Part shown: piece by piece, positions 1-12,100 of the stretch
Layout of the letters: each line of letters starts with the position of its first letter
How positions within the stretch are numbered: position 1 is the first letter of the stretch
NCBI RefSeq assembly: GCF_000143415.4
Contig: NW_003314297.1
Coordinates: forward strand, 969,430-1,033,429
Length of the DNA stretch: 64,000 nt
Source of the DNA: Selaginella moellendorffii
Taxonomy: Eukaryota > Plantae > Lycopodiophyta
Reading direction: 5' to 3'
The notes under the pieces: generated by a model
Seen by the model: the letters and a program-made list of their open reading frames with translations, nothing else
Told to the model about the DNA's origin: nothing
Database searches by the model: none
Translations under genes and position numbers: made by a program

Positions 1-295
1 TGTAACCTTGATCCAGATGCCCGATCTGGGCATGCGCCCCGACGATCGCATTCCAGGAGAAGAGATTTGGGTGATGAATGGCGCGGAAGACCCCGACTGC
101 GCAATCCAGTGCGGTGCTGCTGCTGCTGCATTTTCCGTAGGCATCGATGAGGTGATTGGCGAGAAAAGTGTCGCGCTGCAGGAGGTGTGCGTCGTGGGCG
201 ACAATGCTGGCGTGGATTTGCCTCACTTGGGCAGTGTCTTTCCCACAGGACTTGAGGGCCGATGCGATCCCCTGCCGGAAGCTCTCCCAGCTCAT
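1..295 (-). CDS. PLS-class pentatricopeptide repeat protein, 5' part (runs off the window)
   Basis: Manual translation from ATG at 295: MSWESFRQGIASALKSCGKDTAQVRQIHASIV...RDTFLANHLIDAYGKCS...AVGVFRAIHHPNLFSWNAIVGAHAQIGHLDQG, typical PPR motifs. Confidence 0.85.
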   Translation of the reverse strand, partial: MSWESFRQGIASALKSCGKDTAQVRQIHASIVAHDAHLLQRDTFLANHLIDAYGKCSSSSTALDCAVGVFRAIHHPNLFSWNAIVGAHAQIGHLDQGY

Positions 296-1555
296 TTCTC
301 CTTTGCAAGCCTCATCAGAAAGATGTGTTTCTTTACTAAACTCACAGTTTTTCTGAAGACCCCTGGCTTGTTTTGCTTGGAACGCGGACTGAAGATACTG
401 ATTGCCGTGACGCTATAAACAACTGCTAGGATCACCATGATGCCATGATGTAATAGGATCAAGGATAGTTTTGTACCTTTGTAGAGCCATCAGAAGGCTA
501 GCTCGCATAGACGTGTTTATGTCTCTTTGGTGACACCAGACGATACAGAGAAGACTAGCATGGCCTCCGCACAAGAAATGGTCATCTATCTTGCTAGCTT
601 TTTCTTTTCGTTTCGAAAGAAAAGTTTCAAAACCTGGAATGGATTAGAAGGGAAACAGGAGAATTTGTTGCTGAATATTCCATCTGTGAATCAACAATAA
701 GGGCAAAAGGTGTGAAGCTGTATCGATGAGAATTGATGATATCATTGATGTGGTTTGGCCATGATTTGTATTCCAGGAAGATCACCTCTTTTATTTTGTT
801 ATTTTTTTCATTTTTTTTTTCTAAACCAACTAATAAAAATACATTGACCACAAGCATACAACAAAGATGAACAAAACTTTTAGCACAACCACAATGGTTG
901 AGTTTAGATAAACAAATCTTTAGACAGTCATTTATTTGCCTTTTTTTGTTAATTTAAGTTTAATGCATGATTTAATTCAATTTTGTAAGGTGTTTGATTT
1001 AAAAGATGAGTTGAACATTGTGAATTATTTACATTTTTCAAGTTCATTTTCTATTAAAAATGCAAAATTTCTTTTTACATTTTCTGCTATTGCACTCAAA
1101 ATAACTGTTAAAAGTATTAGTTTTGTAAAATTTAAATTTATCAAATTATATTTATGTCTATTAGTTTAATAATAAAACACACAAAATAAAAATCACAGTG
1201 ATAATTCTTTTATACTAAATTCTTTAAGAAAAAAGTAAGATTCCAAATACTTAATTTTTATATTTAAATTTTTAATTACATAAAATAAAAAATTATTAGA
1301 CCCCTTTACCCAAATAATAGGTAAATCCAACCAAAATGGGTTCATGTCATATAGTGTTGGGCCATTTCCTAAGCCGCGTTACACCTAGAAAATTCAAGAT
1401 TTAAAATAATTTTTTCTATTGGACAAAAACTTTAATTTTATTCTTCACTTTATTTTTTTTAAAGATGTAACTAAATATTTTTGTGCAAAAGTATTATATG
1501 CTAAATAATCAATTGATTGAAAAATTTGTATACTCATATTATCATTACTCCACAC

Positions 1556-1730
1556 TGTAAGTGCTTGAAATATGGAAAGGGAATACAAAAATGTGCATAT
1601 CAATTAGCCCAAAAACCCTAACTTATATATAAGAGCGAGTGGTCCAGATTGAAACCAATCCGACAGCTGCCAAAATCCCACTACGCTAATATTAGTATAC
1701 GGCATTGTAGCTGTACACTTGGCCCTCACA
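1556..1730 (-). repeat. 3' LTR (175 bp)
   Basis: TGTAAGTGCTTG...GGCCCTCACA, direct repeat of 7989-8154; preceded on the minus strand by the PPT GAGAGGGGGGGATGA. Confidence 0.95.
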
Positions 1731-2064
1731 TCATCCCCCCCTCTCAGAATAATGGAAGACCATCAGAGTTCTCTTGTAGACAGGCTGGGATCTGGAGGAA
1801 CATCAGGAGGGGGCATCGGCGGATCTGTAGGTGGTATTAACTGCTCCTGATCCCTTTGTATGAAGCATTTCAACTGCTACACATGCAAAATCTCTGAAGG
1901 ATCGGCCTGCTGGACGTTATGCTGAACCTTATAAACTTGTGGTCCAACTTGCCGCAACACCCGATATGGTCCTTTCCACTGTGCAAGGAGCCCTTTAGAT
2001 AAACCACGTACCGTAAGATGGGGAAAACAGACTAACACCAAATCATCAACTTTGTACTCTGCAG

Positions 2065-3864
2065 TGTGAGACACAAAATCCCTAGGCCCCAAAGTGGAGC
2101 CGGAAAGGGTGCCACGTGGTAGTGGCTGAAGCGACAGCCAAACAAGCGTAACACGTTTGGACCAAAAGCTCCGACTTGAAAAGTCAAGAGCGGGAGTGGA
2201 ACTCCCAACGAAGTGCTCGAGGAACGAGCACGAAGCGAGCAAAAAGCGAGGCTCCAAAAAGGGACCCAAAAGGACCAACACATGACACGTGGAAGTGTCC
2301 GAGATGGACTCGAGTTGGAGTCCGAAGTGGAGTCCGAGATGGACCCGAGTTGGAGTCCGAAGTGGAGTCCGAGATGGACCCGAGTTGGAGTCCGAAGTGG
2401 AGTCCGAGATGGACCCGAGTTGGAGTCCGAAGTGGAGTTCGAGATGGACCCGAGATTGAGTCCGAGATGGAGTCCGAAGTGGAGTCCGAGATGGACCCGA
2501 GATGGAGTCCGAGATGGAGTCCGAGATGGAGTCCGAGGTGGACCCGAGATGGACCCGAAATGGAGTCCAAGATGGAGTCCGAGATGGACCCGAGATGGAG
2601 TCCGAGATGGAGTCCGAGATGGACCCGAGATGGACCCGAGATGGAGTCCGAGATGGAGTCCGAGATGGACTCCGAGATGGAGTCCGAAGTCGAGACCGAG
2701 ACCGGGACCGAGACCGAGACCGAGACCGGGACCGAGACTGAGACCGAGACCGAGACCAAGATCGGGACCGAGACCGAGACCGAGGCCGAGGCCGAGACCG
2801 AGCCCGAGCCCGAGTCCGAGTCCGAATCCGAGTCCGAGTCCGAGTCCGAGTCCGAGTCCGGAGCCTGAGAGGGTGAAAGCCCAAAGCGTTCGTCTCCCAG
2901 ACCCTGGGGGGTTTGGTGAGCTCCAAAAGTATAGTAAGGGGGAGGACTGCAGTGGAGCCAGTTTGGCCAGGAAAGGCCAGTTTGGCCCAGGAAGGCCGGA
3001 CCCAGTGTTGGGTGATGAGCTGCCCACTGGGAAGTCCAAGACTAGAGTGAACACGGACCGACAAGCGGGGTAGCTTGGTGAAGTGTTCAAGAGCCGGCTC
3101 TAGTTCCCCCGGGAGATCGACTAGCCGATGCTCCCAGTCCAAGTGTGGGTGGCACTACCTACTTGGATACCTGGTGTGGCTCAATGGAACCCGCTCTAAG
3201 CCCATGGCTAGAGCACCCAAGGGCGGAAGGCGAGGAGAGTACCCAGGTGGCTCGCGTAAGGCCACGGTGTTCCGAAATGTTGTCCCAAAGGCCCAGACTG
3301 TGGAAAGGAAGAGGAACAGTCCTCTGGGGTAGTGACCAAGGACACAGTCGTGTGGTGAGGAAGTCCCAGAGGACCGTGGGACTTAGTGGTCGGGCCTGTG
3401 GGTCTCGATCCAGTGGCAGTGTTGGCAAACACGGCCAGGGGCAGAAAGGGACTTAGTGGGGATTGACAGAGGGATATTGGGGAAGGCTATTCCCCTTGTC
3501 AGTGGGCATCCTAAGGATGCTAAGGAGTGGATCTGAGATGACCACTCACGGATGGTTTGCCTAGTCTTGGAGAGCCAAGACGGTGATGCAAGTGGTATTG
3601 GACTACCAGTGTGGCAAAGGTGATTGGGCATGGCCTTAGCGTAATGGGCTGCTATGTCGGTGGTACCTTTGAGTGTCGGTCATGGGATCGGACACGTGGA
3701 GCACTTGGACCAAGTGCAAATGTTGAGTGGCATGGATGCCATTCTCGGGGCTAGCAAGTCCCAAGTCCTGGATTGGACTTATGGAGGTTGTGAATGAGAC
3801 TCCTCCAAGTGGTCAGAGGTGTGGTTAAGTGACTAAAGTAGAATGGAAAATTTAGTCGCTTACA
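2065..3864. mobile_element. Nested 1800-bp solo-LTR-like insertion in the integrase gene
   Basis: Begins TGTGAG and ends CTTACA; flanked by the 5-bp TSD TGCAG (2060-2064, 3865-3869); removing it rejoins integrase ...YNSHHRAPA/EYKVDDLVLV...WKGPY. Confidence 0.88.
2299..2861. repeat. Composite tandem repeat (35-bp, 11/12-bp and 6-bp CCGAGN units)
   Basis: GGACCCGAGTT-GGAGTCCGAAGT-GGAGTCCGAGAT units, then GGAGTCCGAGAT/GGACCCGAGAT, then CCGAGA, CCGAGG, CCGAGC and CCGAGT hexamers. Confidence 0.95.
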
Positions 3865-5099
3865 TGCAGGTGCACGATGATGGGAGTTGTATTGCCATTG
3901 TTGTCCCACTTGTACACGGCCTAAGTGTTCGGTAGACTCCACTTGGACAAGTGGAAGAATGCTCGTCAAATACTAATCCCATGACCTAGCATCTGTAACT
4001 CGTGGCAATTGCGAAGGTAAACCTAGCTCCATTGGTAATATTGGATCATGACCATATAGGAGTTTATATGGTGAAGCACCAATAAAACTCTGCATCCCTG
4101 TGACATATGCATACCGAAGAGACGGCAAATAACCATCCCAGTCCGAATGCTGGAAGTTCACATACTTCACAATCATCCCCTTGAATGTCCGAACGAGCCG
4201 TTCCACCAGACTGTCTGATTGTGGATGATAAGCACTCGTGAAAGTGTGGCGTATCCCCAACCGAGACGTCAAAACATGAAATGACTCAACCATAAATGTA
4301 AGACCATTATCCGAAAGAATCTGCTCTGGACAAGAATGCTGGAACACCACAAGATTGAGGAGAAAGTATCCAACAGCAGTTGCAGAGGCGCTAGCAAGAG
4401 CACCAACTTCAACCCAACGAGTCAAGTAGTCAGAAACAATAATAACATACTCATTGCCAACAGTTGACAGTGGAAAAGGTCCCATAAGATCAAACACCAC
4501 CAACTCAAACGGACGGGAAATTGCAATTGACTCTAACCGTCCTTCTGCAGCCCGAGGGGGAGTATTACGAGCTTGGCACCAAACGCAGCTATGCACATAC
4601 CGGATAATATCACGTCGCATCTCCGGCCAATAGAAAGACCTGCGCAACTTCTCGGTTATATGACGATGTCCCATATGCCCACATAAAACAGGAGAATCAT
4701 GGTAGGCATGGAGAAACCGCAGAATAAAGATAGAAGGCACCATCAGCCGTAAATGATCATAAGGATCCATCCTTACAAAATAAAGAAGGCTGTCTTCAAG
4801 GCGATATTGAGAATGTAAATACCGGAAAGGCAAGTCATTAGCAAGTGATGCAGGATTCTCAAACCCATCTCGAAGCCTTCGAATCCACGGCTCAATCTTT
4901 TGAGCTTCGCAAACTTCATCAAGAGAAGGTAGATCTTGCTCTACACTTTGTGGACACTAAACGTCAAGTACAGCAACTGCCAACGGGACAAAATCCTCGT
5001 CTAGAAAATCCACAGAGGCTGGAACAACAGGCTCATCAGAAACATGAAAAGAGAATGGAAAAGGAAAAGGAGCTCGAGAAAGAGCATCAACATCAGCCA

Positions 5100-6400
5100 T
5101 AGAACTCCCTGGGCGATGAACAACATCAAAATCATATATTTAAAGCTTCAAAGCCCATCGAGCAGTACGACCAACCAGGTTCTTCCGCTTCAATAATGAA
5201 GTAACAGCAGCATAATCACCTTCAAGTAACGTCCGAGAACCATGTAGATATGCATGAAGTTTCTCGAAACCCCAAACTGCTACTAAAGATTCTTTCTCTA
5301 TCGTGGAGTAGTTCATTTCCGCTGGTTGTAATGTACGGCTTATATATCCAATAGGATGGCGCTGACAAAGCACACTCGAGCTCTCTTACATCAACACACC
5401 TCCAAAACCAATGTCAGAAGCATCCACGTGCAAAATAAAAGGTCGAGTGTAGTCAAGATATGCCAAAACTGGAGGAGTCGTCAATAGCTCTTTGAGATCC
5501 CCGAACGCTCGCTCACAATCCGGAGACCAAATGAAAGATGATGTTGATGACTTCAGCAACGCTCGCAACGGTGCAATGAGATCAGAAAGATGATCCACAA
5601 AACGACCAAGATACTACACCTTGCCCAAGAAGTGCTGCACATCATTCACACACTTCGGAGTAGGGAACTTTAGAACAGCCACAAGTTTGTCAGGATCAAC
5701 TTGCAAACCCTCATGAGAAATACGGTACCTAAGATAAGTTGTATCCTTGGACCCAAACACGCACTTCAACCGCTTCAGCTTTAAACCAACATCGCGTAGC
5801 TAATCCAACACTTTACAAACATCACGAATGTGCTCTTCTCACGTCCCCTCCAAGTGAATCAAGACATCATCAATGAAATCAGCAGTCACCTTTGGCATAT
5901 CACAAAGAACCTCGTCCATCATCCGCTGAAAAGTTGTTGGAGCATTGTTCAAAACAAACAGCATCACCAAGAACTCGTACAAACTAAATAGTGTATGAAA
6001 AGCAGTCTTAGGAATATCCTCTTCGGCCATTAGTACTTGCCAGTACCCAGAAGCAAGATTTAGCTTGGTGAACCAATGACTTTGCCCTAGGCGATCCAAG
6101 AGATCAGCAGTGTGAGGAAGAGGGTACACATCCGGGATCATCACTTCATTTAATGGACGATAGTCGATGCAGAAACGAATACTCCTATTAGGCTTCGTCA
6201 TAAGATGAGGTTCACATGCCCAAGGACTCCACGACTTCTGAATAACACCCTTTTCCAACATCTCCTTGACGTTTTCTTGATCTCCTTGGGTTACCGACGA
6301 CAAACAGAAACCTTGATTGGACGAGCATCTCCCGTTTGAATCGGATGATGTGTGGCAATCTTGGCCCCAGATAATAGGTCAAATTCAAAGAGATCAAAAT
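5100..6400 (-). pseudogene. Retrotransposon reverse transcriptase and RNase H (disrupted)
   Basis: RFCIDYRPLN, LASGYWQV, KTAF, FIDDVLI; RNase H LHVDASDIGFGGVL, NYSTIEKE, RTARWAL. Confidence 0.92.
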
Positions 6401-6520
6401 ACTCCTTCATGAGCCGGTCAACAGCTGCAACACAAAGATCATTGGAGGGATCGGAAAAGGGAAGAGTAGAACAAGATAGAAACATATGAGGAAATAGTGG
6501 GGGAACAAAAGTAATGGAAG

Positions 6521-7733
6521 CTAAGGTAGAGGTAGAGGGATGAAGAGGTACGGAAGTGAGAGGAATGGATGAAACATAAGGAAGTATGAGACAAGGGGAG
6601 AAACCTCAAAGTCACATTTGGCATGATTGTGCTGCAACCAATCTATACCAAGAATGAAGTCAAAAGCTTGACTCGACACCACCCACAACAACTGCAACTC
6701 AAGCTCGAGATTGCCCACACGCACAACTAGGTCTGCCTCATCTCGTGCACATGCATGTGTACGGCCGTTGCCATAAAGAATGAAAACTAGATCTGCCACA
6801 CGACGCAAGTGTCGACAACAATGTGTGGCAACAGGTCGAGCAATAGAAGATAAACTCGAACTTGTATCAACCAACATGGAGAAAATAATAGGAGACCTCT
6901 TGTTATTACATTGCTGACGCCAAGGTCTCCACCTAGGAAATGGAGGTCGCCAATCCGGAAAGCACCGACAACACCGATAAGTATGACCAACTTCATCATA
7001 CGCCCAACACGGCCACGACCACGTCCTCGCCCTTGTCCTTGGACTCAAGTAGCAGCAGCATCAACCTCCATTGGAACAGGACCATCACTCTAGGAAGTGG
7101 AGCGGAAGGACGTGCAGCGAGAAGTGGAAGAGGCGACGTCAAATAACGTTATGCCAAGCGAAGAGCATCATTAAGGGTGGCAGGAGCAAGTGCATGCACA
7201 AGGCCGACAAGATCTTGACGAAGCGTTGGCGACAACATTCCTAGCTTGATCCGCTCTGACATATTGGGCTCTGCATGAAGCAAAAGACTTCGGAAACAAA
7301 CGCCAAATTGCATCACCGACTTAAATGGCCTTTGGCAAAGACAATGCAATTGTTGGAAGGCATCGTCACAATCGTCGGCATGTCCAAAGGCGCGTTTGAA
7401 GACGTCCGGAAGAACACTCCAATCCCCACGAGTGGCCACACTCAATCTATTGTACCACTGCAACGCCATCCCTTGGAGACATGTGGGAAACTCACACAAA
7501 CATCGAGCATCATCCCAAAAATGATATGTGGCAATCACCGTGAAATGATCGAACCAATGGTACACATCATCCCCAGGATTCCCACGAAAGAACTCCAGCC
7601 GAACGCAAGGATTGGCACTAAGAGCAAGAGGAGTTGGACCACATGCCTTTAATGCCACCATCAATTGAGTTTGGTTGTTCAATTGCAAACACATAACATC
7701 AAGCAATTGGACCAACTGCTGCTCTAGAGTCAA
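6521..7733 (-). pseudogene. Retrotransposon gag and aspartic protease (disrupted)
   Basis: Gag-like FRGNPGDDVYHWFDHF...LQGMALQWY; protease LVDTSSSLS...FDFILGIDWL. Confidence 0.8.
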
Positions 7734-7988
7734 AGGAGGAGATTGCTAATCTGCTATGAAAACAGATGAAGAAAGAGCAAAAGAAGAGAAATGACAAAAT
7801 AATGAGAAGGAAATGGGAGATCTAGACAATGCAAAAAGCTAAATCTAAACTAAAATCTTGAAAAGGAAGAACAAAAGAAAGGAAATGGAAAAAACTAGAT
7901 CTAGACAATGCAAAAGTTAGATCTAAACTAAAATCCCAAATTCAAGCACTCCTCAAGGACAATCAAAGGTGCCCCTCACCTCCACTAA

Positions 7989-8154
7989 TGTGAGTGCTTG
8001 GAATATGGAAAGGGAATACAGAAATATGCATATCAATTAGCCCAGCTTATATACAGGAGTGAGTAGTCCGGATTGAAACCAATCTAACGGCTACCAAAAT
8101 CCCATTATGCTAATATTAGTATACGGCATCATAGCTGTACACTTGGCCATCACA
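7989..8154 (-). repeat. 5' LTR (166 bp)
   Basis: TGTGAGTGCTTG...GGCCATCACA; followed on the minus strand by the PBS-like TTAGTGGAGGTGAGGGG. Confidence 0.95.
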
Positions 8155-9183
8155 ACACTTGTTTTATAGGAAAATATTACATAATAAAGAAATCTTTTAG
8201 AGTAATTTCCAAAAAGAATTAAATATTATTTTATATATGATGATAGTCCCATAATTTATTTTTATTGTTATTTTTCCAAATTATTATTATAGAAGTTTAA
8301 AAAATTTAATCCATTTATTGCCACGACTTTCATTATATTTAATATAATGTATAATAAAACAAAAATTAAATTAATCCATGGATGAAAAAACAATTTTTTT
8401 AGGGTGTACACTCTTTAAAAATATTTTTAATCCTTTAAAATATTTATAAATGTATAAAATTTAGTTTGCTTAAGTACCTTTTATCACGTTTCTTAAATTC
8501 CTCTTTAATGCAACTTTTGCTTCTTCGTATACATCACTGCTAAGTACTTATGACAAATTTTATTTATGTTATAAAAGTATAAATACATTTTAAGGATAAT
8601 TTGTTTGGCATCTTTGTTTCTTCAGAATATTTTTTTGAGCAAAAAAATTTTCTTAAATTTGGGTTCAACTTCCAATTTAAATAAAATTGGGTAAATAACT
8701 TTGTCAATTTACATATTAATTTTTATGCACATGTGTAAATTTATTTTGATCTGCAAGTATGATCTTGCAGAATTAGTTTGTAAAGTCTGGCACAGCTGTC
8801 CAACCATAGCTAACTTGTTTTAATCATGCTATTGCTAGTGCAGCACAAGGAATAAAATACACTTATAAAGATTCATGACTTAAGAAAAAGAAAAAGGGGC
8901 ACTTCTAAGTTCTTGCTAGCTTTTTTCATGGGTTAGTCTACTTTTGAAACACAAATCTAACCAATTGTATACATGTAATTTTGTAAAACATAGTGATATA
9001 ATTTCTGTTATCACCTGAGGAAACCATGATAGTTCAACTACACAAACTGTAAAGAGCCATGGTAAGCTCGCAGCTTTAAATAAACCATTGTTCTGTAGGT
9101 GAACACTCGAAACTAATCAAACAAGTTGCCTCTTATCAGTAAATCGGCGAGAGGCTTTTAATCTTGCTCAGTTTACAGTAATT

Positions 9184-12100
9184 TTACTTTTCCTTTACTT
9201 TCAAGTATATGCTCGCCACAAGACCCTTGCCTAAACTCACGAGGTTCTCCACGATAGAGTTCTCGTCGTTACGTTTTCTTTTAGTTCCAACAAACACCTG
9301 AGCAGCGTCGTAGGCATAAGCATCAAGACATACAGACATTCACACAATTGTACCTCCTGTTTCTGCAAGGTGAGTCCGATGACGTCGCTTCCCAAAACGT
9401 CGTACCACACGTCATAGTAGTCACCAAATTTTGCCTGTTTTTCCACAGACCATCCTCTTGCAAAGACCAAAAAGCCAATTTGTACCTTGATATCTTGCAC
9501 AAACTCCACGACTGGATTGAAACCGACAAATAGCTGGTTTGTGCGAAACGCGAGATGGCTTCTAACATCCGGACAGACGAACGCAGCTGGTAAATAACAC
9601 GGTCTTAGAAAGAAGATCATAAAACTACTGTCAGCCTACCTTGGAGCTTCCCCAACTCAGGAGAGAAAAGCACACGGCCTGGGTGGGGTAAGCTTTTCCG
9701 TTGCAAGACAAGGACGGCATCGTAACAATTCAGTGGAGTTCGAAACAATGACTACAAGCAAGAAAACGTAGACAACTGAACGTCAACGAAAATTAAGTAG
9801 CAACAACAAACCTGCCATCTGTTGTCCATTCCAGTTATATTGCTCGTCAGCAGTGCCGCAGAGCTTTTGGCATACGCAACAAGCCTTTTCAGAGCCTGTA
9901 AAGCAAGAGAAAAGAAAATTGGCCACTACAAACAAACACAAAGAAAGACACTTACTGGCTTTAAAGGCAAACACCTTGTAGAAGTGACCGACTGCATGTC
10001 ATACGATGTGGCAATAAACATAGCAGGTCCTTTTGAACCCTCGTAGAAGTCGGCGTGTTCACCTCTTCTAGTAGCCTCGAAAAACGCCTGGCACAAGGGA
10101 GGTCTTCAAACTAGGAGATTTAACTCCATGCAACTTACCACTACAGTCTCCCGATCTTTCGAAGACATATCTCCGTTGATGTCCACAATTAAAGGAGAAA
10201 GGTGCCAGTCATAGTTTGCGAGCAACCTAAGAAATCTGAAAAACCGCAGATTGGTTAAATGAATAGCTCATTTAGGCACAAACGAGAAGGTTGCTCAGTT
10301 AACCGCATTCAGAAAACTGAAACTTCATCGAGATCAGTCATGTGGTATCATCATAGCAACCCCGAAATTTTTAGAAGATTTTAGTGTTACCTCAGAAAGC
10401 CAGTAATTCTCGTTGAAGGTGGAAACATTGGCTGTGGTCGAGTGAAAATGTAAGCGACCAGCAACTCAATAGCCTCCTCTGTAATGACGTCGGAGAAAAG
10501 ATGGGCACCAATCCATCTCTTTGCAAGCCTATACATTATGTCAGAACTGATTATGAACACACGCCGTAAAATACCTGACAGTAGGACCATAAGCGGGACA
10601 CCTTCCCTGCAAGCCATTTAATGTGCTGGAATGAACGCTATGAAATATAAGATCATCCTTGATACTGATATTACTGATAGCCGCCATGCCTGTGGACCAT
10701 AACTGTTAGAAATAATCACACTAGTACCCTTACCCTTGTGTTTTATAAGCGTGGGATCCTTTTCGTAGGCTATAGAAATCCGAAATGCAAAGCCATTCAT
10801 CAAAATGTCGACTGCATCTTCAGATACAACAGAATCTAGATGCCACTGCTTGTGCATGCTGAAGAAGCGAAGGAAATCAGCCATAAACCAATCCATGGAA
10901 AAGTTTCACCTATCCGCAATTTTCAAACAAAAGGCCGCTTTTGTTTTCTTGATTGCAATCACGTCGTTTGGCCATCGACCCGATCCCTCTAACTAAAAGA
11001 ACATTAGATACAGTTCATTATGGAAGACAAATGAGTCAGACCTGTATCATTACTTCCAAAGGTTCTAAAAACACGCCTACAACACCTCCCTTGGTAGAAT
11101 GCCTAGGCCGAGGTGTGTACACTGCAGCATGCCTGAAAGCTAAAATAACAATAAATAAATCATGATCATTAAAGCATAAGGACTTACCAGCGCTAATAGG
11201 TTGTACAGAGGAAATTTTTAAAGGAAGAGCAAGCGCTTTGAGGCGCTTTGTAAACTCTTCCAGCGCTTGTAAAATCTTAGGTGTGCTTCCGATGGAATCT
11301 ACAAAACCTCTTGTGACCAGCAAGACTCGAGGATATAGAAAACGCGCACCTTGATTTTTGTCTAGTAAAGAAAAATCTAGTTGGTCAGAAACTGTTTCAA
11401 CCGGTCCTGCGCCAGCAAAGTGCCTGATAAGGATGTATTCCGAAACTCGAGCTATGATAAGATGACGCTTCCATGGTTCACACTCCCACCCTGCGAAAAT
11501 AAAAATAAGTGAGCATTTACAGCATCGACTAGCTCAGCTTACCAACTGCTTCTGCAATTGTTCCGTCCTTGAACCTACGAAGCTCGGCTTTTTTACCCCA
11601 AAAGGATCGAAATTTTGCTGACTACTACAGCATTGAGTTAGAAAGAGCGCAAAGCAGGTAAAATGTTTACCTCTTCTTTTTTGTCTGCGCTTGGCCCCAC
11701 ATCAACCATTCTGTAGGCGTTCTCTATGTCGTTCAGTATAGCTCCAATCTGGATTTTCGAGGGCAGGAACTTCGACAGACCCTGGCAAATCATAAATTTA
11801 AATACAGCTCGTCTAGATTCGGCCACCTTACCTTCTTTGGATTCCAGCCGCTCGCAATAGTTCTCCTGAGAACTCGCACTAGTTTTGTTCTATCTTTCAA
11901 AGCTTTACTTAGGACGTTCTCAGCCTTTCCTTCACTTCCTCTCCACGCCCCATCATTAGAGAAATCACATTTCGACGTGTCGTCGATTTCCAGCCTGAAA
12001 GTTAACGAGGATTAGATTCAGTGAAATGCTATGGAGATGTTGGCTTTTGATAGAGCAGAAATTCATCTTGAATACTGCATGTATCTTCATGCAACACGTC

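Larger units (their letters stand above)
1877..4833 (-). pseudogene. Retrotransposon integrase (interrupted)
   Basis: HHCC motif (HAYHD..GHMG..CVWCQ), core FDLMGP / SDNG / ERLVRT in ORF 3973-4833; GPY/F tail WKGPYRV at 1877-2064. Confidence 0.9.
1556..8154 (-). mobile_element. Decayed Ty3/gypsy LTR retrotransposon (gag-PR-RT-RH-INT, no chromodomain)
   Basis: Two TG...CA LTRs (1556-1730, 7989-8154); 4-bp TSD ACAC (1552-1555, 8155-8158); polypurine tract 1731-1745; gypsy domain order on the minus strand with many stops and frameshifts. Confidence 0.95.

Noticed and set aside
1000-1400. Possible hAT dimerisation-domain relic (minus strand LLTVILSAIAENVKRNFAF)
   Set aside because: Too degenerate to support by eye.
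2310-2500. 35-bp repeats as a CRISPR array
   Set aside because: Head-to-tail with no unique spacers, no cas genes, eukaryotic context.
1877-3142. Long RS-, GL- and SP-repeat ORFs resembling SR proteins or an RNA polymerase CTD
   Set aside because: By-products of a stop-poor satellite, open in several frames on both strands.
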